From the sequence record SRR31156797_336: 27,834 nucleotides of DNA; one strand, 5' to 3'. The notes below the pieces were generated by a model, which ran no database searches, was not told the DNA's origin, and saw nothing but the letters and a program-made list of their open reading frames with translations. Position numbers and translations under genes: made by a program. Below are positions 1 through 8,138 of this stretch, in pieces (position 1 is the stretch's first letter; the number at the start of each line of letters is the position of its first letter).

Positions 1-69
1 ACTACTACAGGAAATAAATGTACTTGTACCGAAGGACCGGTATTCAATATAAATGATCTGAAATGGTAA
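1..69 (+). CDS. pyrK: Dihydroorotate dehydrogenase electron transfer subunit, C-terminal end (partial)
   Basis: Frame 1 reads [22 protein letters not shown]. The C-x-(E/D)GPVF 2Fe-2S motif is typical of the PyrK C-terminus, and its stop overlaps the pyrD start (AAATGGTAA). Confidence 0.85.
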   Translation, partial: TTTGNKCTCTEGPVFNINDLKW

Positions 70-977
70 ATTTAGGAGTAAAACTTAAAGATTTAAGCTT
101 AAAAAACCCTGTGATGACTGCTTCCGGAACCTTTGGTTTTGGTGAAGAATTCGAGGATTTTATCGATATAAACAGATTAGGCGGTATTTTAGTTAAAGGT
201 ACTACCAGACATCACCGTGAAGGAAATCCTTATCCTAGAATGGCTGAAACGCCTTCAGGGATGCTTAATGCTGTTGGATTACAGAATAAAGGTGTAGAGA
301 ATTTTTGCAAAGAAATATACCCTAGAATAAAGCATTACGATACGAATATTTTGGTAAATGTATCAGGTTCGGTAATAGAAGATTACGTGGAAACAGCTGC
401 AATGATTAACGAATTAGAGCACATTCCTGCTATCGAATTAAATATCTCTTGTCCTAATGTAAAGGAAGGTGGTATGGCTTTCGGAACTAGCTGTGCATCG
501 GCTGCTTCAGTGGTAAAAGAGGTTCGTAAGGTCTACAAAAAGCATCTTATGGTGAAATTATCTCCTAATGTAACTGATATTACAGAGATTGCTAAAGCTG
601 TGGAAGCTGAAGGTGCCGATTCAGTGTCCTTAATAAACACTTTACTGGGAATGGCAATTAATGCAGAAACAAGAGAGCCTTTATTATCAACTATAACAGG
701 TGGTTTATCAGGTCCTTGCGTGAAGCCAGTAGCTTTACGTATGGTGTGGCAGGTATTTAATGCAGTTAAGATTCCTATTGTTGGCTTAGGCGGTATAATG
801 AATGCTAAGGATGCAATAGAGTTCTTATTGGCTGGAGCAACGGCAATTCAGTTAGGAACGGCAAATTTCATCGATCCACAGGTTACAGTTAAGGTGGTTG
901 AAGGAATTGAGGAATATATGACAAGGCATAACATTCAAGATATCAATGAATTAATTGGAGGATTGAAATATCAGTAA
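63..977 (+). CDS. pyrD: Dihydroorotate dehydrogenase family 1B, catalytic subunit
   Basis: Motifs [27 protein letters not shown] (catalytic Cys), VKLSPN, GGLSGP; directly follows pyrK. Confidence 0.96.
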   Translation: MVNLGVKLKDLSLKNPVMTASGTFGFGEEFEDFIDINRLGGILVKGTTRHHREGNPYPRMAETPSGMLNAVGLQNKGVENFCKEIYPRIKHYDTNILVNVSGSVIEDYVETAAMINELEHIPAIELNISCPNVKEGGMAFGTSCASAASVVKEVRKVYKKHLMVKLSPNVTDITEIAKAVEAEGADSVSLINTLLGMAINAETREPLLSTITGGLSGPCVKPVALRMVWQVFNAVKIPIVGLGGIMNAKDAIEFLLAGATAIQLGTANFIDPQVTVKVVEGIEEYMTRHNIQDINELIGGLKYQ

Positions 978-1013
978 TTAAAAGGTACTTATTAAAGAAT
1001 TATTTCTCTAATT

Positions 1014-1036
1014 TAAATTTGATGAGTTTACATTTG
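1014..1036 (+). promoter_or_regulatory. Candidate Bacteroidota -7 promoter boxes upstream of cobD
   Basis: TAAATTTG (1014-1021) and TACATTTG (1029-1036) match TAnnTTTG; no clear -33 TTTG element. Confidence 0.35.
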
Positions 1037-1066
1037 TAATTACACTTGTAAACTCATTGTTTTTTA
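1022..1066 (+). terminator. Probable intrinsic terminator after pyrD
   Basis: 11-bp inverted repeat ATGAGTTTACA (1022-1032) / TGTAAACTCAT (1047-1057) with inner palindrome TGTAATTACA, followed by TGTTTTTTATT. Confidence 0.65.
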
Positions 1067-1125
1067 TTACAGGTTTGATATCTTCTTGTTAGATACAAAT
1101 AATTAGTATACTATAGATATACAGT

Positions 1126-2154
1126 ATGTTACACGGACACGGAGACGACGGATACAAATATAAACAAGCTATTGTTGCCAATTTTAGCACAAATGTGTGG
1201 TATGGTGGACAATCAGAAGATCTAAAGAATCATTTAATTAGCAATTGGGATATAATTGATTCCTACCCCGAGGCATCAGCAGAAAGCTTAATTGATTTAA
1301 TAGCTAAAGATTTAAAGATTGAGCAAGAGATGCTTATTGCTACTAATGGTGCTACAGAAGCCTTCTATTTAATCGCTCAATGCTTTAAAAATCAGTCATC
1401 AACCATAGTAATTCCAACCTTTTCAGAATACGAAGATGCTTGTAGAGTTAACAGTCATGAGCTTTTCTTTACGAACTGGAGTGAATTAACTGCTACAACC
1501 AAATTCCACACACGATTAGTTTGGATCTGCAATCCTAACAACCCTACTGGATCTATTTTGGATCTTCTAAGCCTGGAATCTTTATTGAGTTTAAACCAAA
1601 ATTCAACTTTTATTATCGATGAAGCTTATATAGATTTTACCGATTGTATTTCATCTTCTATAGATTTGATCAAAAAACACAAAAATCTTGTCATTGTAAA
1701 ATCTCTCACCAAAAACTTCGCAATTCCCGGTCTGAGATTGGGATATTTGGTTTCGAACAAGGAAATGGTACAGGATATCGAATTCTACAAGCCTCCATGG
1801 ACGGTGAATTCACTAGCAATTGAGGCTGGAAAATACTTAATTGAGCACAAAAGTGAAATATTGCCACCTGTAAACTATTACAAATCAGCATCGAAAAAAT
1901 TACAGGAAAATTTGAGTAAAATTTCAGGATTGAAAATTCACGATTCAAAAACTTCCTATTTTTTGATCGAACTAGAAGAAATCAGCTCTTTTGAGTTAAA
2001 AAACTACTTAATTTCAGAATTTGGGATTTTAGTAAGAGATGCAAGTAACTTTAGAGGACTCAATTCATCCTTTATTAGAATTGCCACATTAAACGAAGAA
2101 AAAAACCAACTGCTAATTGACGCATTAAAAACATGGAGCAACTTAAATTCATAA
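1126..2154 (+). CDS. cobD: L-threonine-O-3-phosphate decarboxylase (PLP-dependent, class I/II aminotransferase fold)
   Basis: N-terminal HGHGDD and NFSTN, NGATE, PTFSEY, CNPNNPTG, IDEAY, SLTK (PLP Lys), PGLRLGY; first gene of a cob cluster. Confidence 0.85.
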   Translation: MLHGHGDDGYKYKQAIVANFSTNVWYGGQSEDLKNHLISNWDIIDSYPEASAESLIDLIAKDLKIEQEMLIATNGATEAFYLIAQCFKNQSSTIVIPTFSEYEDACRVNSHELFFTNWSELTATTKFHTRLVWICNPNNPTGSILDLLSLESLLSLNQNSTFIIDEAYIDFTDCISSSIDLIKKHKNLVIVKSLTKNFAIPGLRLGYLVSNKEMVQDIEFYKPPWTVNSLAIEAGKYLIEHKSEILPPVNYYKSASKKLQENLSKISGLKIHDSKTSYFLIELEEISSFELKNYLISEFGILVRDASNFRGLNSSFIRIATLNEEKNQLLIDALKTWSNLNS

Positions 2155-3080
2155 TCCTACCTCTAATCATTGGATATCTTTTAGATCTTATTTTGGGTGA
2201 CCCAAGAAAATTACCTCACCCCATTGTGGCTTTTGGAAATACTATCTCTTTATGCACAAAAATAGTAAACCATGGTAAAGCACGATTGCTAAAAGGTAGC
2301 TTGATGGCTCTTTTATTAGCCGGTGGTGTATTCTTTCTATTTTATATTTCGAACCAATTATTATTGGAATTCAATGAAGTAGTCTTAATCACTTTCACGA
2401 GTATTTTTGTTTTTTATGGATTAGCCAACAAATCTCTATTACAAGAAGGCATTGAGGTTTTTGATCATTTAAACAACAAGGGCTTAGAAGCCGGAAGAAA
2501 ACGATTATCGTGGATTGTTGGACGAGATACTTCAGAGTTAAGTGAAAAAGAAATAAAACTAGCTGTGTTCGAGACGCTTTCTGAGAATCTTTCGGATGGT
2601 GTTGTTGCACCCTTATTCTATTACGCCATTGGTGGTGTTCCAGGAATGATGTGCTATAAAATGATCAATACTATGGATTCTATGATTGGTTATAAGAATG
2701 AAAAATATATTTTATTTGGAAGATTTGCAGCTCGCCTGGATGATGTTGTCAACTTTATTCCTTCAAGAATTACAGCTCTTTTAATGGCATTGGTGAGCCT
2801 TAGCTACAGATCGTTACAATACATTTTTAAATATGGAAAGGCTCACACTAGTCCGAATGCTGGTTATCCCGAAGCTGCTTTAGCTGGAATTCTGGATTGT
2901 CAGTTTGGTGGACCTCACAATTATGGTGGGAAATTAGTACATAAACCCTTTATTGGTGAGAACAATCGTCAAATTGAAGATTCTGAAATTAAGAGAATTA
3001 TCTATATTAATCATGCTGTATGTTTTCTTTCAATTGTCATTATTATAGCCTGCTTTTTTCCCTATGCAATACTGCTGTAA
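2133..3080 (+). CDS. cbiB: Adenosylcobinamide-phosphate synthase (CbiB family membrane protein)
   Basis: GDPRKLPHP, WIVGRDT, ENLSDGVVAP, NTMDSMIGY, ARLDD, SPNAGYPEAA; hydrophobic helices. Confidence 0.95.
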   Translation: MEQLKFIILPLIIGYLLDLILGDPRKLPHPIVAFGNTISLCTKIVNHGKARLLKGSLMALLLAGGVFFLFYISNQLLLEFNEVVLITFTSIFVFYGLANKSLLQEGIEVFDHLNNKGLEAGRKRLSWIVGRDTSELSEKEIKLAVFETLSENLSDGVVAPLFYYAIGGVPGMMCYKMINTMDSMIGYKNEKYILFGRFAARLDDVVNFIPSRITALLMALVSLSYRSLQYIFKYGKAHTSPNAGYPEAALAGILDCQFGGPHNYGGKLVHKPFIGENNRQIEDSEIKRIIYINHAVCFLSIVIIIACFFPYAILL

Positions 3081-3110
3081 AAAAGAAAAAATCTGTTTAC
3101 TGCATTCTTA

Positions 3111-3118
3111 TAAATTTG
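3111..3118 (+). promoter_or_regulatory. Candidate internal -7 promoter box upstream of cobU
   Basis: TAAATTTG matches TAnnTTTG, about 50 nt before the cobU ATG. Confidence 0.35.
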
Positions 3119-3165
3119 TAACTTCACAATTTCTGATTTAACACAATTATACAAGGAGTAATATA

Positions 3166-3678
3166 ATGATTCACCTAATTACTGGCGGGCAAAGATCAGG
3201 CAAAAGTAAATTTGCCGAAATGCTAATTCTTAATAAAACAGACAATCCTATCTATCTGGCAACCTCCAGAATATGGGATGAAAATCACAGAAAAAGAATT
3301 GAGGCACATCAAGCCAGGAGAGGTGAGCAATGGACCAATATTGAGGAAGAGAAGCATCTTAGCAAACATGATTTTACAGGAAAAATTGTTCTGCTGGATT
3401 GTATTACGCTTTGGCTCAATAACTTCTTTTTCGATAACGGTGATGATGATGAAAAAACACTTGCTCAGTGCCTTAGTGAATTGGATAAATTATTTGCTCA
3501 AGACTGTGATTTGATCATTGTGAGCAACGAATTAGGACTTGGAGGTCATCCTGAAAATAAAATGGCTTATCGTTTTAATGATTTACAAGGAACAATAAAC
3601 CAACACATTGCAGACAAGGCTAATGTGGTAACGCTTGTTGTTTCCGGTATTCCTGTCGAAATTAAAAACACACTATAA
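3166..3678 (+). CDS. cobU: Bifunctional adenosylcobinamide kinase / adenosylcobinamide-phosphate guanylyltransferase
   Basis: P-loop TGGQRSGKS, YLAT, RIEAHQARR (catalytic His), LLDCITLW, VSNELGLG. Confidence 0.95.
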   Translation: MIHLITGGQRSGKSKFAEMLILNKTDNPIYLATSRIWDENHRKRIEAHQARRGEQWTNIEEEKHLSKHDFTGKIVLLDCITLWLNNFFFDNGDDDEKTLAQCLSELDKLFAQDCDLIIVSNELGLGGHPENKMAYRFNDLQGTINQHIADKANVVTLVVSGIPVEIKNTL

Positions 3679-3703
3679 CAACACACTTAACCAACTAACC
3701 AAC

Positions 3704-4855
3704 ATGAAAAATTTATTTAACATCTGCGCATTTGTATTTGCGCTGGTTTTAATTAGTACAACATCTTGTAGAAGAGTTGAAACTAAATCCGACACCAAAT
3801 TAAAAGTTGGAGTATTCGATAAAAATGGTGATAGTCCATGGTGTATCGAGGATGCCATTCAAGCATTAATAATTGATCCTTCAATTGATTGTGAGGTAAT
3901 TAGAGCAAGTCAGATCGTATCTGATGAAATATTAGATTTCGATGCCATTGTATTTCCAGGAGGTAGCGGAAGAAGTGAAACGCAAAGTCTAGGAGAAAGC
4001 GGAATGGACAGAGTTGTTCAACTTGTGAAAGATAAGGGAATTGCTGTTGTTGGGATTTGTGCAGGAGCTTATATCATGTCAAATACACCTGATTACCCTT
4101 GTTTAAAATTAACTGGATTCGAAGCAATTGATATTGAGCACGATCATAGAGGTCATGGATTGGCTAAGTTTTCACTGAGCGAAGAAGGAAAAAAGATTTT
4201 CCCGGAATTAGCTGATCGTGATATTTCTTTTTGTCAATACTATGAAGGTCCGGTGTTAATTTCAGCTAATGATGAAGTTGAAAAAACAGACTTAGGAACC
4301 ATGTTATCTGATGTTCATACAGTAGAAGGAAGTCCTGCAGATATGACAAACAATCGTCCGTTTATTGTGAGTGCAAAATTAGGAAAAGGAAAAGTTGCTT
4401 CTTTCGTAGGTCACCCTGAATGTACTCCTGGTATGAGATGGATGCTACCAAGAATTGTTCGTTGGGCAACCAATTCTGAAATGATCTCTTATCCAAAATC
4501 TGTTGTTCGCCCTGATTTTTTCAAGAATGAAATCATCTACACTAATGATATTCAGGATCTTCAAACGAAATATTATTCAAATTTATCAGGAACTAAGGAA
4601 GAAAAATTAGAGGCAATTGATAAGGTTATTGAGTTGGCTTGTTGGTCTTCTAAAAAATGGATTCCTGGAATGTTAAGAGACAAAGATGCTGATATTAGAG
4701 CAAAAGCATCTAGAGCTATTGTATTATTGGAAAGAACTGATGCTCTTCCTGATTTAGAGATGGCAGTTGTTAATGAGAAAAATGACGATTGCAAAAAACA
4801 ATTGCAAACCAGCTTGCAGGATTTAAAGCTGATTCTTGGAAAAAACAGAAAGTAA
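3704..4855 (+). CDS. Lipoprotein with class I glutamine amidotransferase-like (BPL_N-like) domain and C-terminal HEAT-like helices
   Basis: ATG at 3704 preferred over the upstream TTG. Signal peptide and lipobox MKNLFNICAFVFALVLISTTS-C; FPGGSG, nucleophile elbow GICAGAY, GHPE; HEAT-like LRDKDADIRAKASRAIVLLERTDALPDLE. Confidence 0.75.
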   Translation: MKNLFNICAFVFALVLISTTSCRRVETKSDTKLKVGVFDKNGDSPWCIEDAIQALIIDPSIDCEVIRASQIVSDEILDFDAIVFPGGSGRSETQSLGESGMDRVVQLVKDKGIAVVGICAGAYIMSNTPDYPCLKLTGFEAIDIEHDHRGHGLAKFSLSEEGKKIFPELADRDISFCQYYEGPVLISANDEVEKTDLGTMLSDVHTVEGSPADMTNNRPFIVSAKLGKGKVASFVGHPECTPGMRWMLPRIVRWATNSEMISYPKSVVRPDFFKNEIIYTNDIQDLQTKYYSNLSGTKEEKLEAIDKVIELACWSSKKWIPGMLRDKDADIRAKASRAIVLLERTDALPDLEMAVVNEKNDDCKKQLQTSLQDLKLILGKNRK

Positions 4856-4862
4856 TAAAGAT

Positions 4863-5912
4863 ATGATGAAGTTTGAGATTAGCTGTTTGTCTGATAAATT
4901 GGACAAACAGCTCTGTGAGAAGATTGACACGAAGACAAAGCCAATAGGTGCTCTAGGTGTATTGGAAAAAATTGCTTTCCAAATAGGGAAAATCCAAAAT
5001 ACTTTAGAGCCACAAATTAAAAATCCTAATGTTGTAGTTTTTGCTGGTGATCATGGTATTGCTGACGATGGCGTTAGTTTTTATCCCAAATCGGTAAGTT
5101 TTCAGATGCTTTACAATTACATGCAGGGAGGAGCAGCCATAAGCGTTTTTTCGCGACAACACAATATAGATTTTAAAGTAGTTGACTGTGGTGTTGATCA
5201 TGATTTTGAACCAGATCTGAACATCATTAATAGGAAAATAGCATATGGTACAAACAATTACAGGTTTGGATCAGCTATGACAAAGGAGCAATGTCTGCAA
5301 GGAATCGAGCAGGGCGCTCAAATTATGGAAGACATTCATAAAGAAGGCTGTAATTTCATCACTTTTGGAGAGAAAGGAATTGGAAATACTTCTTCGGCAG
5401 CATTGATATTAAGCCTATTGGGCGATATTCCTTTGGATGAATGCGTTGGACGTGGCACCGGATTGGATAAAGAAGGTGTAAAATCCAAATATGATCTTTT
5501 AAATGAAGGGTTATCGAAATACGATAAAGGAAATGATCCTATAGATGTATTGACTCATTTTGGTGGATTCGAAATTGTAACCATTGTTGGTGCAATGCTG
5601 AAAGCTGCTGAGTTAAAAATGACCTTGCTGATTGATGGTTTCATTATTACATCTGCCTTACTTGCAGCATTTAAAATTAATCCAAAGGTTAGAGAATACT
5701 GTTTATTCGCTCACAAATCGAACGAACAAGCGCACATTAAAATGCTAAATATCCTTGGTGCAGAACCTATTTTGGATGTTGGCATGAGATTGGGAGAAGC
5801 AACCGGAGCAATGGTTTGCTATCCAATTGTAAAAAGTGCAGTTCAGTTTATGAACGAAATGGCTTCTTTCCAGGAAGCTGGAGTAAGTGAATCAAGCGAA
5901 GAAATTATTTAG
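4863..5912 (+). CDS. cobT: Nicotinate-nucleotide:dimethylbenzimidazole phosphoribosyltransferase, copy 1 (divergent)
   Basis: KTKPIGALG, FAGDHG, GEKGIGNTS, VGRGTG, GGFEI, DGFI, MRLGEATGA. Start at ATG 4863 or 4866. Confidence 0.9.
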   Translation: MMKFEISCLSDKLDKQLCEKIDTKTKPIGALGVLEKIAFQIGKIQNTLEPQIKNPNVVVFAGDHGIADDGVSFYPKSVSFQMLYNYMQGGAAISVFSRQHNIDFKVVDCGVDHDFEPDLNIINRKIAYGTNNYRFGSAMTKEQCLQGIEQGAQIMEDIHKEGCNFITFGEKGIGNTSSAALILSLLGDIPLDECVGRGTGLDKEGVKSKYDLLNEGLSKYDKGNDPIDVLTHFGGFEIVTIVGAMLKAAELKMTLLIDGFIITSALLAAFKINPKVREYCLFAHKSNEQAHIKMLNILGAEPILDVGMRLGEATGAMVCYPIVKSAVQFMNEMASFQEAGVSESSEEII

Positions 5913-5926
5913 ATTTTAAATAAATA

Positions 5927-6039
5927 CACCCTTCTCTCTATCGAGATCTCCCCTAAAAAGGAAGAATGTTTAAAAATAGAGTAAGGTTTAAATTAACAGC
6001 TTCCCCTTTTAAGGGGAAATGCCGACAGGTGAAAGGGTG
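5927..6039. repeat. REP-like inverted doublet between the two cobT genes
   Basis: Left arm CACCCTTCTCTCTATCGAGATCTCCCCTAAAAAGGAAG resembles the reverse complement of the right arm, CACCCTTTCACCTGTCGGCATTTCCCCTTAAAAGGGGAAG. The right arm holds the hairpin TTCCCCTT-TT-AAGGGGAA (6001-6018). Confidence 0.6.
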
Positions 6040-6073
6040 AATTATAAAATGTTTTTAACAACTTTTAAAGCCT

Positions 6074-7117
6074 ATGAAATTCAAAATAGATAAGCCAAAC
6101 GAAACTCTTATAGAGCAACTACAACATAAAATTGATTTTAAAACCAAGCCAATCGGATCTTTAGGAGCATTGGAGCAACTAGCTGTTAAAATTGGAAGCA
6201 TTCAGGAAACCTTATCTCCTGAATTAAAGAAACCTGTGATCATGGTATTTGCTGCCGATCATGGAATTGCATTGGATGGTGTCAGTCCTTATCCTCAGGA
6301 AGTAACCTGGCAAATGGTTGCCAACTTTATGGCTGGAGGTGCTGCAATAAATGTATTTGGTCGTCAAAACAGTATTGATATTAAAATTGTAGATGCTGGC
6401 GTTAATTACGATTTCGACAAGAACTCTGGTGTAATCGACGCAAAAATTGCTTATGGAACCAAGAGTTATTTGAGCGAAGCTGCTATGAGTAAGGATCAGT
6501 TCGAATTGGCACTTAAACGAGGAGCCGATTTAGCCAAAAAAATGCATGACGAAGGAAGCAATATTATTGGTTTTGGTGAAATGGGAATTGCCAATACTTC
6601 TTCAGCAGCAGTACTTTTACATTTGCTTGCCGATGTGGATTTAAAAGAATGCGTTGGACGTGGAACTGGCTGGGATGATGAAGGCTTGAAGCGAAAATAT
6701 GAAATCCTAAAATCTGCTGTTGAAAACTACAATGGTGATAAATCGATAGAAAGTATTTTCTCTCACTTCGGAGGTTTTGAGATTGTGATGATTGCAGGAG
6801 CTATGCTTAAGGCTGCTGAATTAAAAATGATTATCATGGTAGATGGTTTCATCATTACTTCTGCCTTGTTAGCGGCTTCTAAAATGAATCCTAATGTGTT
6901 AGAATACTGTATCTTTACTCATAAATCGAATGAGAACGGTCACAAGCACATGCTGGAACATTTAAATGCCAATGCAATACTCGATTTAGGAATGCGCTTA
7001 GGAGAAGGAACAGGAGCTGCTGTTGCCTATCCGATAATCGAATCGGCTGTTAACTTTTTAAACCAAATGGCTAGTTTCGAAGATGCTGGAGTTAGTAACA
7101 GCGATAAAATCAATTAA
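6074..7117 (+). CDS. cobT: Nicotinate-nucleotide:dimethylbenzimidazole phosphoribosyltransferase, copy 2 (canonical motifs)
   Basis: KTKPIGSLG, FAADHG, GVSPYP, GEMGIANTS, GGFEI, DGFI, MRLGEGTGA. Confidence 0.95.
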   Translation: MKFKIDKPNETLIEQLQHKIDFKTKPIGSLGALEQLAVKIGSIQETLSPELKKPVIMVFAADHGIALDGVSPYPQEVTWQMVANFMAGGAAINVFGRQNSIDIKIVDAGVNYDFDKNSGVIDAKIAYGTKSYLSEAAMSKDQFELALKRGADLAKKMHDEGSNIIGFGEMGIANTSSAAVLLHLLADVDLKECVGRGTGWDDEGLKRKYEILKSAVENYNGDKSIESIFSHFGGFEIVMIAGAMLKAAELKMIIMVDGFIITSALLAASKMNPNVLEYCIFTHKSNENGHKHMLEHLNANAILDLGMRLGEGTGAAVAYPIIESAVNFLNQMASFEDAGVSNSDKIN

Positions 7118-7125
7118 AAATACCG

Positions 7126-7158
7126 ATTGGGATTCCGACTTCAGTTCGGATTCCCAAT
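7126..7158. repeat. Intergenic hairpin between cobT copy 2 and cobS
   Basis: ATTGGGATTCCGA ... TCGGATTCCCAAT, 13-bp arms with one mismatch, no following U-tract. Confidence 0.6.
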
Positions 7159-7186
7159 ACTAAATAATAGCACTTTCAATCACATC

Positions 7187-7939
7187 ATGAAAGAACTCAA
7201 CATTTTCTTTACAGGATTGTCCTTTTTTACCAGAATTCCTTTTCCAAAAGGAGCTGAGTTTAAAAAGGAGTATCAGCATGAAGCTCTTAAATACTTTCCG
7301 ATAGCAGGTTTGATTATTGGTGGCTTTGCGGCTTTGGTATTCTACTTGTCAAACTTGGTTCTTCCATTTAATTTATCTGTTGTATTAAGTCTTGGATTAA
7401 CAGTCTTATTTACTGGTGGATTGCACGAAGATGGCTTTATGGATGTTTGTGATGGATTTGGGGGAGGATGGACCAAAGAGCGCATTCTGGCAATCATGAA
7501 AGACTCTTTGATTGGAGCTTTTGGAGTTACAGGCATTGCCTTTTTAATTCTAACTAAATATTTTTGCCAATACAATGTATCTGCTGCAAATTTACCATGG
7601 ATAATAATTGCGGCACATTCTACCACAAGAATGGTGGCTGCAACTTTGGTGAATACACACCAATATGCACGAGTAGACAATTCTAAAGCAAAGGATTACA
7701 GTCAAAAATTAAGCTCAGGTAATTTCATTTTCATGTTGATTACAGGAGTTTTACCTTTACTTCTTCTGGGAAGCATCAAGTTTTTTCTGATTTTGATTCC
7801 TGTATATCTTTGCAAGTTCTTACTGGGAAGATATTACAACAAATGGATTGGCGGCTTTACCGGAGATTGCATTGGGGCAACCCAGCAAATTTGCGAAGTG
7901 GTTTTCTACTTATCTTATTTAATTCTAATAAATTGGTAA
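7187..7939 (+). CDS. cobS: Adenosylcobinamide-GDP ribazoletransferase (cobalamin 5'-phosphate synthase)
   Basis: ATG at 7187; FFTRIP, TGGLHEDGFMDVCDGFGGG, IMKDS, GAFG, IGGFTGDCIGA; polytopic membrane protein. Confidence 0.95.
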   Translation: MKELNIFFTGLSFFTRIPFPKGAEFKKEYQHEALKYFPIAGLIIGGFAALVFYLSNLVLPFNLSVVLSLGLTVLFTGGLHEDGFMDVCDGFGGGWTKERILAIMKDSLIGAFGVTGIAFLILTKYFCQYNVSAANLPWIIIAAHSTTRMVAATLVNTHQYARVDNSKAKDYSQKLSSGNFIFMLITGVLPLLLLGSIKFFLILIPVYLCKFLLGRYYNKWIGGFTGDCIGATQQICEVVFYLSYLILINW

Positions 7940-7940
7940 T

Positions 7941-8087
7941 TTAAACGAGAGTAGGAAATAAATAAAAGTACGTAACTACTGATGCAATTATAATAGATAA
8001 TAAAAGAAATAGTAACACTAAAAAAGGCAAATCTTCATCTATATTTGGATAAATGACTTGAAGGGTCTGTTTTAAATATTGTCTCAT
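7941..8087 (-). CDS. Putative 48-aa single-pass membrane protein (not in the ORF track)
   Basis: Manual translation: MRQYLKQTLQVIYPNIDEDLPFLVLLFLLLSIIIASVVTYFYLFPTLV*. ATG in an A-rich context (CTATAAATG); stop lies 1 nt from the cobS stop. Confidence 0.45.
   Translation of the reverse strand: MRQYLKQTLQVIYPNIDEDLPFLVLLFLLLSIIIASVVTYFYLFPTLV
8040..8047 (+). promoter_or_regulatory. Candidate -7 promoter box for cobC
   Basis: TATATTTG matches TAnnTTTG, about 90 nt upstream of the cobC ATG. Confidence 0.3.
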
Positions 8088-8138
8088 TTATAGTGGCTTA
8101 AGTGTTGCAATTCGAAATATACGTAAACTAAATAAAAC

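Noticed and set aside
3704..4855. Calling this gene cobyric acid synthase (cbiP/cobQ) or biotin-protein ligase
   Set aside because: It has no N-terminal P-loop synthetase domain and no ligase catalytic domain, and it carries a lipoprotein signal.
5990..6045. Cobalamin riboswitch upstream of cobT2 (AAGGGGAAATGCCGACAGGTGAAAG loosely resembles the GGGAA...GGTG.AA core)
   Set aside because: No downstream conserved elements or B12 box, too little room before the ATG, and the sequence is better explained as one arm of the inverted REP-like doublet.
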